A stretch of DNA of 64,000 bases, taken from positions 128,001-192,000 of the forward strand of contig CAWKBC010000027.1 in assembly GCA_963847705.1 (NCBI GenBank). The letters are read 5' to 3'. The translations under genes and the position numbers were made by a program. This document shows, piece by piece, positions 38,582-48,077 of the stretch (position 1 is its first letter; every line of letters begins with the position of its first letter). The notes under the pieces are model-generated. The model was not told the origin of the DNA. It saw only the letters and a list, made by a program, of their open reading frames with translations, and made no database searches. Source of the stretch: an uncultured Pseudomonadota bacterium (GTDB lineage Bacteria > Myxococcota_A > Polyangia > Fen-1088).

Positions 38582-39528
38582 ACCGCGCCGAAGGCGGCGG
38601 AGGCGTCGAGAAGGAGCCGGCTCTCGAACCCTCGGAGGTGGCCAAGCTCCGTGCGCTCCTCGCGGCCGTTGACTGCAGAGAGCCGGCCGTCCAAGCTGCC
38701 CGTGGACTCGCTGCGGTCTCTGAAAACGGCATAGATGCTGATGGTGGCGCTTCGCAAGGAGAAGCGCCCCTGTGCAAAACGTATTTGTTCAAAGATCGAG
38801 AGAAGTGGCGGTTTCGGGTCATCGACACCGTGACCAAGAAGAAGACGAATCACATCTTCGACTCGAGGGACGAGGCCGAGGCGGCAATGGTCATTCTGGG
38901 ACGGACTCATCGACGACCGGTCGGCGTGCCGATGTCCGAAGCCCTCAGCGCCTACCGAGAGCATCTCGCGACCCGGGGCAATCGTCCCGGGTGTCCCAAC
39001 CGCCCGAGGACGATCGAAACCACGCTCGCTCGGTTGACACGCTGTTCAAGTCGGCCGGTGCCCGTCTCCTCACCGGGGAGCTCACGCCGGCGTTGGTCGG
39101 CATATGGGTGGGCCGCCTACTCGGCAGCGCGTTGTTCGCGACCTGGACGCAGGGGGTACGAAATTGAACATCACCTCTGCGAAGACGGCGGCCGGTGTTC
39201 GTCGCCTTCGCGTCCCGCCGATCCTGCAGCCTCTTCTCGGATGCTCGCGAAGGGAAAGCAGCCGAACGACCGCCTGTTCGGCGATGTAAATCGCCACTGG
39301 GTCCTGCGATCCTGCCGGAGGCTCTGTCAGACGGCCGGCGTTCCCGTGGTGCCTGCCCACGGGCTCCGGGGGACCCACGCGAAGCTGGCGGTGGAAGCTG
39401 GAATCAGCGGGTACATCGTGGCTGCCAGCCTGGGCCACGAATCATTCGCGACGACGGCCGGGCACTACGCCGGGGCCGACGCCGTGGCGGATGCGGCGGC
39501 CAGTCGAGTCGCCAACGCGCTAGACTGA
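38578..39528 (+). mobile_element. Degraded tyrosine recombinase/integrase
   Basis: HGLRGTH...SLGHES...AGHY catalytic motifs. The AKTAAGVRRLRVP segment lies in another frame and the first catalytic Arg region is not recognisable. Confidence 0.8.
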
Positions 39529-39611
39529 GAGTCTCGGCGAAGAGGTTTGTCCGCAGTTATCCGGACAATAAATAATGACACTAGCAATATCGTAACATAT
39601 TGAAATCACAG

Positions 39612-39696
39612 GCGAGGATGGCGAAACTGGTAGACGCGCCAGATTTAGGTTCTGGTTCCGAAAGGAGTGGAGGTTCGAGTCCTCTTCCTCGCACCA
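39612..39696 (+). tRNA. tRNA-Leu (anticodon TAG)
   Basis: GCGAGGA/TCCTCGC acceptor stem, CCAGA-TTTAGGT-TCTGG anticodon arm, long variable arm, GGTTCGAGTCC, encoded CCA. Confidence 0.97.
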
Positions 39697-40038
39697 AAGA
39701 ACGGTTACGGAAACGGATGGCCACGCGGTCAGGACGGACCTCCGCCGACACAACCGAGGTTGGTCACGTAGCGCCACCCGACTTCAGGCCCCTGTGGCGC
39801 TCGCACAGCAGCCCCGCCGCTACCCCGATCGTCTCGTTTCGATTCTGGTGCTCCCCGCGTTCGTGACCTGCGCTGGCGATTGCGCGGAGGATCGCGACGG
39901 TCTCCGTGATCCAGATCGCGACCGCAGGCCCCGTCGACACCACGCTGCGGGTCACGGTGTGCTGCCGGCGCGATCTCGGCGCGTATTTGCGTCGACTTCG
40001 GATTCTTCGTTGGCCGGGACGTGGTTAGAGACTCTCTC

Positions 40039-40608
40039 ATGCGACAAGGAGCTTTGGGGATGGCCGTGGCGTTGAGCCTCGCTCTGGGAGCCGGTTGTGG
40101 GTCCTCTTCCTCTTCGGTCTTGAAGACCGGTCCAGAGATGAGCAGTCAGTCGGGCGGCGGCGGGCAAGGCGGGCAGGCCGTGGTCACCGACGCTGGCGGA
40201 GCTACCCGGGCCTCAGACGCCGGTGACGCGTTCGGGGGCTTGAGCGACGCGGGCGACGCTGGTCTCGGAAGCTCAGATTCGGGCGGACTGCCCGGTGGCG
40301 AGATGGCGAGTTGCTCCGTCCTCGAGACTCAATACCTCGACACGGTGGCGGGCGCCCAGTCCTGCGATCTCAACGGAGCCGGGCAGTGCCAGAAGCAGGT
40401 CAGTGCAGCGCTCTCGTCGTGCCCCACGTGCATGACGTACGTCAACGATGCCACCACCGTGAATTCGATCAAATCAGTGTGGGAGCAACTGGGATGCAAC
40501 CGAGCGGAGACCGATCCCTGTCCCCCCCTGAGCTGCACCCAACCGGCGAGCGGGACCTGCGTTGCGTCGGACGCGGGAGGAACCTGCGCTTCGTCGATGA
40601 CGAACTAG
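40039..40608 (+). CDS. Cys-rich lipoprotein
   Basis: LGAGC lipobox; DAG repeats; ten-Cys C-terminal domain. Confidence 0.7.
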   Translation: MRQGALGMAVALSLALGAGCGSSSSSVLKTGPEMSSQSGGGGQGGQAVVTDAGGATRASDAGDAFGGLSDAGDAGLGSSDSGGLPGGEMASCSVLETQYLDTVAGAQSCDLNGAGQCQKQVSAALSSCPTCMTYVNDATTVNSIKSVWEQLGCNRAETDPCPPLSCTQPASGTCVASDAGGTCASSMTN

Positions 40609-40723
40609 GGGCTGCCTTTGGTTGACGCGCTCGGAAACCCAGATCAGTTCGATCACCAGCAACGACCGTCGCACTCGGGAGTTGTGCGGGGGACCATCTT
40701 CCGCGAGCTCCAGCTCCCGACGG

Positions 40724-42028
40724 TCAGCAGTCCAGCGTCACCCGACGTTCCCACGGAGAGAGCTCGGCCTGATGCTCGCCCCACTCCGCCTCCTTCAGCT
40801 TGGTGTAGGCGTCGACGAAGGGCGCGCCCAGCGCCGAGGTCAGCACGTCGCTGGCGCGCAGGGCGCGCACGGCGTCGAGGAGGTTGCCGGGCAAGCGCCG
40901 CGCTTCATCGAGCGGGAGCGGGTGGGTGTACATGTTGTTGTCACGGCGCGGGCCCGGATCGCGTTTGTTCGCGATGCCGTCGAGGCCGGCGGCAATGACG
41001 GCGGCCGGCATCAGGTACGGGTTGGTGGCGCCGTCGGGCAGGCGCAGCTCGAACCGGTCGGTGTCGGGGATGCGGATCATGTGCGTGCGGTTGTTCCCGG
41101 CGTAGCTGACGGCGTTGGGAGACCACGTCGAGCCGGACGCCGTGGGCGCGCCGTTGATCCGCTTGAACGAATTGACCGTGGGGTTGGTGATCGCGCAGAG
41201 CGCCTCGGCGTTGTGGAGCAGCCCTCCGATGAACTCGTAGGCCATTCGAGACAGCCCGAGCTCGCCCCCCGCGTCGCGAAACAGGTTGTGGCCGCCCGCG
41301 GCTTCCCAGACCGAGACGTGCATGTGGCAGCCGTTGCCGACCAGACCGGGGAACGGCTTGGGCATGAAGGTCGCGCGCAAGCCCTGGCTCTCGGCCAGCG
41401 TCTTCACCATGTACTTGAAGAAGGCGTGACGGTCGGCCGTCACCAGCGCGTCGTTGTAGGTCCAGTTCATCTCGAACTGGCCGTTGGCGTCCTCGTGATC
41501 GTTCTGATACGGCTCCCAGCCCAGCGACAGCATGCAGTCGCAGATCTTGGCGATGAGGTCATAGCGGCGCATCAGGGCCAGCTGGTCGTAGCAGGGCTTG
41601 CTCTGGTGATCGTTGGGATCCGAGATCGCCGCGTCGTCGGCCGAGAGCAGGAAGAACTCGCACTCGACGCCGGTGCGCACGGCGAAGCCCAGCTCTCGCG
41701 CGCGCTGGATCTGACGCTGCAGCACCCGTCGCGGCGCCTGCTCGAGCGGCTGGCCGCCCATGATCAGGTCGCCCGCCACCCAGGCCACCTCCGGCTTCCA
41801 GGGGAGCTGAATGAGGCTGGCGGCGTCGGCGATCGCCAGCACGTCGGGGTCGGCGGGCGTCAGATCGAGCCAGGCGGCGAACCCGGCAAAGCCGGCCCCC
41901 TCCACGCCGATGCGATCGATGGCGGCGGTGGGCACCAGCTTGGCGCGCTGCACGCCCCGCAGGTCGCTGAACGAGACGAGGAAGTACTTGATGCCCTTCT
42001 GTTCGGCGATCTTCGACAAGCTGCTCAC
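40724..42028 (-). CDS. glnT: GlnT-type glutamine synthetase / gamma-glutamylmethylamide synthetase-like ligase
   Basis: IKYFLVSFSDLRGVQRAKLVP, GAGFAGFAAWLD, YQNDHEDANGQFEMNW, TFMPKPF, GNNRTHMIRIP. Confidence 0.88.
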   Translation of the reverse strand: MSSLSKIAEQKGIKYFLVSFSDLRGVQRAKLVPTAAIDRIGVEGAGFAGFAAWLDLTPADPDVLAIADAASLIQLPWKPEVAWVAGDLIMGGQPLEQAPRRVLQRQIQRARELGFAVRTGVECEFFLLSADDAAISDPNDHQSKPCYDQLALMRRYDLIAKICDCMLSLGWEPYQNDHEDANGQFEMNWTYNDALVTADRHAFFKYMVKTLAESQGLRATFMPKPFPGLVGNGCHMHVSVWEAAGGHNLFRDAGGELGLSRMAYEFIGGLLHNAEALCAITNPTVNSFKRINGAPTASGSTWSPNAVSYAGNNRTHMIRIPDTDRFELRLPDGATNPYLMPAAVIAAGLDGIANKRDPGPRRDNNMYTHPLPLDEARRLPGNLLDAVRALRASDVLTSALGAPFVDAYTKLKEAEWGEHQAELSPWERRVTLDC

Positions 42029-42068
42029 GCGCGTCCTCCTCTTCGAGTCTGGGTCCAGGGTGGGTCGT

Positions 42069-43100
42069 TCAGTTCGTCTCGGTTCCCGTGAGCTCTTCGA
42101 TCGCTCCGCGGATGAAGCGCTCGTCGTCGGGATTCTGGTAAGGGTTGCCGGCGCGGTGGCCCCAGATCGAGGGGATGGGCAGAAGCCGCGCCCCAGGAAT
42201 GGCCGCCGCGTCGGCGGCGCAGTCTTCCGGCGTGAAATAGAGATCGTGGCTGCCCGGCATCACCAGCGTCTTGGCGCGGATCGAGCCGAGGGCCCGCGCC
42301 AGGTCGCCGCCGTGGCGCGGGTTGTCGCCGTGGCGGGGATCAATCGACACGTCGCTCGCCATCCAGGTCCGCAGCATCGCCAGCAGATCGGCGGGGTGGC
42401 GGCGCCGGTAGCTGGCCTCCCAGGCGCGGACCAGATAGTCCTCGAGATCGGCGTACCCCAGCTGCCGATAGAGGCCCTGGCGGTAGAACGCCTGCGACGC
42501 CGCCCAGCTGGCGTAGATGCGGGCGAAGGCCCGGAACCCGCGCTCGGGGGTCGAGGTGAACCTGACGCCGTCCCAGGCGGGGTCGGCCTGCAGCGCGGCC
42601 TCCAGGCTGCGCAGGAAGATCAGATTGTGCGCGGAGGTCCGCGCCGTCCCGCACAGCGCCGCCACGCGCCGCACCCGCCCGGGATGCAGCACCGCCCAGT
42701 GGTAGGCCTGCTGGGCCCCCATCGACCAGCCGTAGACGAGCGCCAGCGTTTCCACGCCGAACAGCTCGCGCAGCAGCCGATCCTGCGCGGCGACGTTGTC
42801 GTGATGGGTGACGGCGAAGGCCGGGCCGGCGGCGTCCGAGTTGCTGGGCGAGGTGGAGAGGCCATTGCCGAACATGTTGGGGATGACCACGAACCAGCGC
42901 CGCGGGTCGAGGATGCCGTCCGGCCGAACCAGCCAGTCGATGTCGGTGTGGTGCGCCCCGAAGGAGGTCGGGTAGAGGACCACGTTGCGGCGATCGGCGG
43001 CCAGCCTCCCGTGGGTGCGGTAGACGAGCCTGGCGTCGCGCAGCACCTGGCCGCTCTGCAGCGCGAACGATCCGAGCTCGAAGGTGGCCCCGTCGCTCAT
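42069..43100 (-). CDS. Homoserine acetyltransferase-like alpha/beta hydrolase
   Basis: FALQSG, NMFGNGLSTSPSN, GWSMG nucleophile, DLYF, WGHRAG; ATGA overlap with the desaturase. Confidence 0.85.
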   Translation of the reverse strand: MSDGATFELGSFALQSGQVLRDARLVYRTHGRLAADRRNVVLYPTSFGAHHTDIDWLVRPDGILDPRRWFVVIPNMFGNGLSTSPSNSDAAGPAFAVTHHDNVAAQDRLLRELFGVETLALVYGWSMGAQQAYHWAVLHPGRVRRVAALCGTARTSAHNLIFLRSLEAALQADPAWDGVRFTSTPERGFRAFARIYASWAASQAFYRQGLYRQLGYADLEDYLVRAWEASYRRRHPADLLAMLRTWMASDVSIDPRHGDNPRHGGDLARALGSIRAKTLVMPGSHDLYFTPEDCAADAAAIPGARLLPIPSIWGHRAGNPYQNPDDERFIRGAIEELTGTETN

Positions 43101-44053
43101 GATGCCGGCGCCGCCGGCGTCCGCCGGGCGAGGCGCGCGACCAGCTCGACGTGAAATCCCAGGTACCCGGCCCGCGCCACGTGGGTGAGCCGCGGCTCGA
43201 CCGTCTGATGGGCGGCGCGCAGCGCATGGAAAGGGAGCGCCGGATACCAGTGGTGCTCGGCGTGGAACGGCATCTCCCACATGAGAAACCGAACCGGCAG
43301 GATCGTGTACGTGGTGCGCGTGTTCGACTGCGGATCGTCGATGTTGCTGCAGCCCATGTGCTCGGCCAGCAAGATGGCGCGCAGCAAGGGTTGCGCGGCC
43401 GCGACGGGCAGCAGCCAGAAGGTCAGGAACAACGGCCGCCAGAGCGCGACCGAGGCGGCGATGGCCACGCCGTAGACGAGCAGCTGCAGGCGGACCGAGC
43501 GGACGACGGCGGGCCGGGTCTTGTCGTTCAGGAACCCGTAGCCCTCGACGCGCCCGCGCGCGATCGCGGCGTGGGTCCGGAGCTTCCCGATCCACCAGGG
43601 GAGCCCGCTCAGCTCCAGCAGGTAGCTGCCGAGGTCGGTCGGCTTGGGATCCTCCAGCTCCGGGTCCCGCCCCGGGAGCTGCGTGAAGCGGTGATGCCAG
43701 CCGTGGTAGTAGCGGTAAAAGGTGCTGTTGTAGAAGGAGAGCAGCCCGGCGAACCATCCCACGCCGTCGTTGAGCCAGGTGCTCTTGAACGCCGTGCGAT
43801 GAATCGACTCGTGCATCGCCGCGAACATCGTCACCAGCGTGAAGCCGAACAGCACCGCCGCCGGGACCACCAGCAGCCAGCGGCCGCCGCCCCGCAAAAC
43901 GGAGCCGTAGAGCCAGCCGGTGCCGACGATCGCCAGCAGGTGGCCGCCGAGCCGCGCCAGGCCCCGCAGGTCTGAGCGCTGCTGGAGGCTCCGTCGCTGG
44001 TCGGGCGACAGCGGTGAATCGCGGGGGTCCTGCTTGTCGTCTTCCATCGCCAT
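43097..44053 (-). CDS. Membrane di-iron desaturase/oxygenase (MocD-like)
   Basis: His boxes HESIH, HGWHH and HAEHH; RSDLRGL start motif; AEHMGC, NTRTT. Confidence 0.85.
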   Translation of the reverse strand: MAMEDDKQDPRDSPLSPDQRRSLQQRSDLRGLARLGGHLLAIVGTGWLYGSVLRGGGRWLLVVPAAVLFGFTLVTMFAAMHESIHRTAFKSTWLNDGVGWFAGLLSFYNSTFYRYYHGWHHRFTQLPGRDPELEDPKPTDLGSYLLELSGLPWWIGKLRTHAAIARGRVEGYGFLNDKTRPAVVRSVRLQLLVYGVAIAASVALWRPLFLTFWLLPVAAAQPLLRAILLAEHMGCSNIDDPQSNTRTTYTILPVRFLMWEMPFHAEHHWYPALPFHALRAAHQTVEPRLTHVARAGYLGFHVELVARLARRTPAAPAS

Positions 44054-44350
44054 GCTCGAGCCCGACGCCAAGATCGCGCAGCCAGCTCTGGATGTCACGA
44101 AGCGCGCGGATCCCCGGCCAACCTTTTACTTCAGGGAAACCGGCCGGAAATTACGGGCCCGTCTTCGAATCCGCTTGGACGCCTCCTTGGGCTTTGTTGA
44201 GCGATGGAAACGAAGCCTGCGCCGAGTTGGAAAAGCGCCGGGTCGATGCCGCTGACAAAGAGTTAACGCTCATTCGTCGGCGCGGAAATCGGTTGCGGGC
44301 GTTCGTTCCCCTAGCATCACAGCGAATCCGGACGAGAGGGAGGTTCGAAC

Positions 44351-45742
44351 ATGGATGCGGGCAGTGCTGTGAAATCGACCGAGGAGAACAGCCTCAAGCG
44401 GCACGCCTCGTGGCGCTCCGCTTTCATCATCTCCCTGGGGGGCTCCTTGCTGGTTGCCGTCTCGCTCGGGCCCATGGCCGCCGACCTGGGCCCTGCCTCG
44501 GTGGTGGTCTGGACGATCACCGCGCTCGTGGGGCTGGTCCAGTGCCTGCTCATCACCGAGCTGGCCGGGATGTTCCCGCACAAGGCGGGAGGCACGGCGA
44601 CCTACACCCATGAAGCCTTCAGAGACAAACCGCTGCTGGGCGCCTTCTCGAACTGGGGCTACTGGCTCGGGTGGCTGCCGGTCATCCCCGTCAACCTGAT
44701 CCTCGCCGCTGGTTATCTCAACGCGACGATCCTGCCGCACACCGGTGTCCTGACGATTGCGCTGGTGCTGGGAGCGGCGATGTACGCCCTCAACTACTTT
44801 GGCTTGCGGCCCGGCGTGTGGTCGTCCGCCGTGGTGGCCGTGTGCGCCTTCGTCCCCCTGGCCATCATCGCCTTTTCACCCGTCTTCAAGCCCGCGCTGT
44901 TCCACGCGGAGTTCGTGTTCCCGATGCGTCCCCTCGGTGGCTCCTGGGTGTCGGGCGCCTCGTGGCTGCTGGTGATCAAGTGGATGTTCGTGGCCGTCTG
45001 GTCGTCTTACGCGTTCGAGTCCGCCTCGAGCGTGGTGGCCGAGCTCAAGGATCCGCACAAGGAAGCGCCGCGCGCCATCACCGCTGCCGCCGTGGTGGGC
45101 GTGCTGGTGTACGGGTTGGTGCCCTTCATGCTCCTCAGCATCGTGGGCACGGACGCGCTGGCCAAGGATCCGATGGTCGCTTTTCTTCCAGCGGCCAAGG
45201 CGATCTTCGGTGACACCGGCGCGGCCATCGTGGCGATCATGTTGATCGCGGCGCTCTTGCTGGGCGTCATGACCGCGATCATCGGCTCATCGCGGACGGT
45301 CTACGAGATGTCGCGTGACGGGTTGACCCTTCATCAGTTCGCCCGGCTGAACAAGCACGGCGTCCCGGTGGGTTCGATGTACTGGGATGCGGCGGTGACC
45401 CTGACGTTGTTGCTCGTCTTCAAGGACAACGTCGTCAACATCGTGGCCGCCTCGAACGTTGGGTACATCATTCCGTTCATCCTGATCCCGATCGCCTACG
45501 TGCGGCTGCGGCGCCTGCTGCCGGACTTTCAGCGCCCGTTCAAGCTGGCTCCGATCTTTGCGACCGCCGCCCTCGTCATCGCGGCCTACAACGCCTTCTT
45601 GCTGGCGGTCGGCGGTCCACTGTGGGGCGGGAAGGTGATGCTCACCGGCGGCGTCATCATGCTCACCTTCGTGCCGTTCTACGCCATACGTCGAAGCCGG
45701 GATCGGCGTCGACAGGTGGCCACGGCGGCCGCGACAGCCTGA
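44351..45742 (+). CDS. APC family amino acid/amine permease
   Basis: About 12 TM helices; ELAGMFPHKAGG, SYAFE, ELKDP, SSRTVYEMSRDG; GGAGG RBS. Confidence 0.9.
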   Translation: MDAGSAVKSTEENSLKRHASWRSAFIISLGGSLLVAVSLGPMAADLGPASVVVWTITALVGLVQCLLITELAGMFPHKAGGTATYTHEAFRDKPLLGAFSNWGYWLGWLPVIPVNLILAAGYLNATILPHTGVLTIALVLGAAMYALNYFGLRPGVWSSAVVAVCAFVPLAIIAFSPVFKPALFHAEFVFPMRPLGGSWVSGASWLLVIKWMFVAVWSSYAFESASSVVAELKDPHKEAPRAITAAAVVGVLVYGLVPFMLLSIVGTDALAKDPMVAFLPAAKAIFGDTGAAIVAIMLIAALLLGVMTAIIGSSRTVYEMSRDGLTLHQFARLNKHGVPVGSMYWDAAVTLTLLLVFKDNVVNIVAASNVGYIIPFILIPIAYVRLRRLLPDFQRPFKLAPIFATAALVIAAYNAFLLAVGGPLWGGKVMLTGGVIMLTFVPFYAIRRSRDRRRQVATAAATA

Positions 45743-46074
45743 GCTCGTCGCAGAGCGGCTTGGTGGGGGGCCTCCCTCACCCCTGCGCCGGCTCCACGAT
45801 TCGCCAGTGCCGTCCGCCGAAGCTCTCCGGCGTCCGCTCGTCTTCACGCCCGTCGGCGAACGGGCCCGTGAGCCAGAGAGCACGTACCCAGCCGCGGGCG
45901 CTGATGCTGGTGATGACGACCATACCTTGCGGACCGACACGAACCTGACCGACCTTGAGCGCGCCCATCACTTCAATACTCGGCGGCGTTCGAGCGGTTC
46001 TGAACCTGGCCGGTCCGACATTCGGATCGCTGTCGGCGGTCCCCGCCGGCGCCTCCCGCAGGCGCGGAATGGAA

Positions 46075-46114
46075 AGAGGTCCAGGTCACCCGTTGTGGGG
46101 CCACCTGGACCTCT
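46075..46114. terminator. 12-bp inverted repeat downstream of GH6
   Basis: AGAGGTCCAGGT-16 nt-ACCTGGACCTCT. Confidence 0.45.
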
Positions 46115-46138
46115 CCCGTCAGGCGGCGAACGCCGCGC

Positions 46139-47620
46139 TCAGAGCAGCGGCGGCACCGCGTTCTGCGCCAGCTGCAGCGCCTGCTGCGAGAACCAGAGGC
46201 CGGCGGCCGGGTCGACCAAGCCCCAGAGCGGGTCGAAGGTGCTCTGCGCGGCGCCCGTGACGTTCCAGGGATTGTACTGCGTGTAGTCCCAATCGCGTGC
46301 GCCGCCGGTGATGGCGCAGCTCCCGTCGGATTCTCCCGGCGTCTTCACCCACAGATAGGCGTCGAGCAGCGGCACGCCGGTGTTCGCCGTCGGACGCAGC
46401 CCGAGGCCGGCGCCGGGCGGGTTGCACCAGTTGCCCGTGTTGAGGGCGGTGATGACGTTCGCCGGCTGATCGTAGGGCGCCGCGGAGTACGGAGCGACGT
46501 CGAGCGGGCCATGACCGTTGCGGCTCGTGTCGATGATGAAGTGCGTGGTGGCCGTGGTCGTGCCCAGCATGTTCGCGTAGCGCAGGTTGATGGCCGAGGT
46601 GTTCAGCTCCTGGGTGGTGGAGGTGTCACTCCACGCGCCGTTCGGATCGAGCGCGACACCGTTCCACTCGCCGAAAAGCTGAGCGTCCAGGGAGGGGAGG
46701 GGGCCGCCGTTCCAGTATTCGTTCGGGCAGTCGCCGAAGTCGCCGGGGTTGACCGAGGTGGCATACGCCAGGCACTCCGAGATCCAGGTGCCGAACTGAA
46801 CGAGGTTGGGCGAGAACTGGTAGTTCGAGAGGTTGATGAAGAAGCCCTGCGCCCGCTGGACCCCCGCCTTGGAGAGGCGTCCCGAGGCTTCGCCCACGTT
46901 GAGCCAGGCGCTGTGCGTACCGTCGAGGTAGACCGAAGCGGCCGGCGCGCGCGACACGAGCGAGCTGACCGCGTAAGTGAGCTGCGCGTAGCGGTTCGCC
47001 TCGGTGGCGTTGGGGTCGGTCGAGGTGCAGCTGCCGTCCGCCGATCCGTCGATGTTCGCCGCGTTGGGGATGAGCCCGAGGCTGTCAGGCTCGAGGATCA
47101 CGACCGCCTGGCGATTGCCGATCCCGGCTGCGAAGGCGTCGATCCACGCCTCATAGGAGGGGGTGTCGAGCGCGCCCCCGGCCGAGAGGCCCCCGCAGTC
47201 GCGGTAGGGGATGTCGTAGGCGACCAGGGTCGGCACCGTGTTGGTAAGCGTCGCTTCACTCATCGTCTTGTGGACGGCGACCTGCACCTGGGCGGGCGTG
47301 CCGCTGGTGAACCAGACGGCCTGCGGCGTCGCCTCCATGAGGCCGAGCCGGAGAGTGTCCAGGAGATCGCGTCCCTTGAGCTCTCCGGCGATCTGCTTGA
47401 CCGCGTCCGGATCCGGCGTGCGGATCAGGAAGTGAGTGTTCGGTGCCAGCGTCCGCGACGGCGGTGCCTTCGAAGCCGGCGTGACCGCCGCAGCCGGGAC
47501 CGGCGTCGCCTCGGACGTTCCGGGCGTTCCCGGCGTTCCGGGCGTCGAATCTTCCGCGCACCCGAAGCCCACCGCTGCTCCACCCACGAGGACGGCCCAC
47601 AACCATGTCTGCTTTCTCAT
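46139..47620 (-). CDS. Glycoside hydrolase family 6 (endoglucanase) lipoprotein
   Basis: GFGC lipobox; YDIPYRDCG, ILEPDSL, IDTSRNG, WCNPPGAGLG, DAYLWVKTPGESDG. Confidence 0.92.
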   Translation of the reverse strand: MRKQTWLWAVLVGGAAVGFGCAEDSTPGTPGTPGTSEATPVPAAAVTPASKAPPSRTLAPNTHFLIRTPDPDAVKQIAGELKGRDLLDTLRLGLMEATPQAVWFTSGTPAQVQVAVHKTMSEATLTNTVPTLVAYDIPYRDCGGLSAGGALDTPSYEAWIDAFAAGIGNRQAVVILEPDSLGLIPNAANIDGSADGSCTSTDPNATEANRYAQLTYAVSSLVSRAPAASVYLDGTHSAWLNVGEASGRLSKAGVQRAQGFFINLSNYQFSPNLVQFGTWISECLAYATSVNPGDFGDCPNEYWNGGPLPSLDAQLFGEWNGVALDPNGAWSDTSTTQELNTSAINLRYANMLGTTTATTHFIIDTSRNGHGPLDVAPYSAAPYDQPANVITALNTGNWCNPPGAGLGLRPTANTGVPLLDAYLWVKTPGESDGSCAITGGARDWDYTQYNPWNVTGAAQSTFDPLWGLVDPAAGLWFSQQALQLAQNAVPPLL

Positions 47621-47747
47621 TCTCTTTTCTCCCCTTGTTTGCCGGCGGCGCGTGAAACAAAGAAGCAGGCTCGCCCGCCCGTTCTCGCCCCCGAGCTCTC
47701 TCTCAAAGCCCCACGTTCACGGACGGGCGAGCCTCGGCGGCACAACA

Positions 47748-47763
47748 AGCAACCGACGTGCCG
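47748..47763 (-). promoter_or_regulatory. sigma54 promoter for GH6
   Basis: CGGCACGTCGGTTGCT. Confidence 0.75.
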
Positions 47764-48077
47764 CCGCCGCGGTTCAAGGAAAGCGCCACATTTCGCGGAA
47801 AATGGCTGGCGGGGCGGATGCGGGCGACTGTCCGATCAGTGATCGGGTGATCGCCGATCACGGAGGCCGGGAATGAGGGCGTTCCAGGAACGTTTTGACC
47901 GGACGGCGGCGATATACGAAGGCAAGCGGCGGCAAAACGCCGCGGAATCTCGGTCGGTGCTCACGGGAGCTGCCGAAACGCTTCAGTCGAACACCCAGCC
48001 CAGTCGAAACAACGTGATCGTGAGACTGTTTCCGGCGACGGTCGACGACCGGATGAAAGGAGGATCGTCGCGCGCGC

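Noticed and set aside
42069-43757. 562-aa desaturase-hydrolase fusion suggested by the ORF track
   Set aside because: The upstream part is an off-frame overlap of the desaturase; the hydrolase starts at 43100 with an ATGA overlap.
44100-44350. Riboswitch, ANTAR hairpin or sigma54 promoter between the desaturase and the permease
   Set aside because: CCGGACGAG and CAAGGAGGC give only partial resemblance, and TGGAAACGAAGCCTGC has 11 rather than 10 nt between GG and GC. An Rfam scan would be needed.
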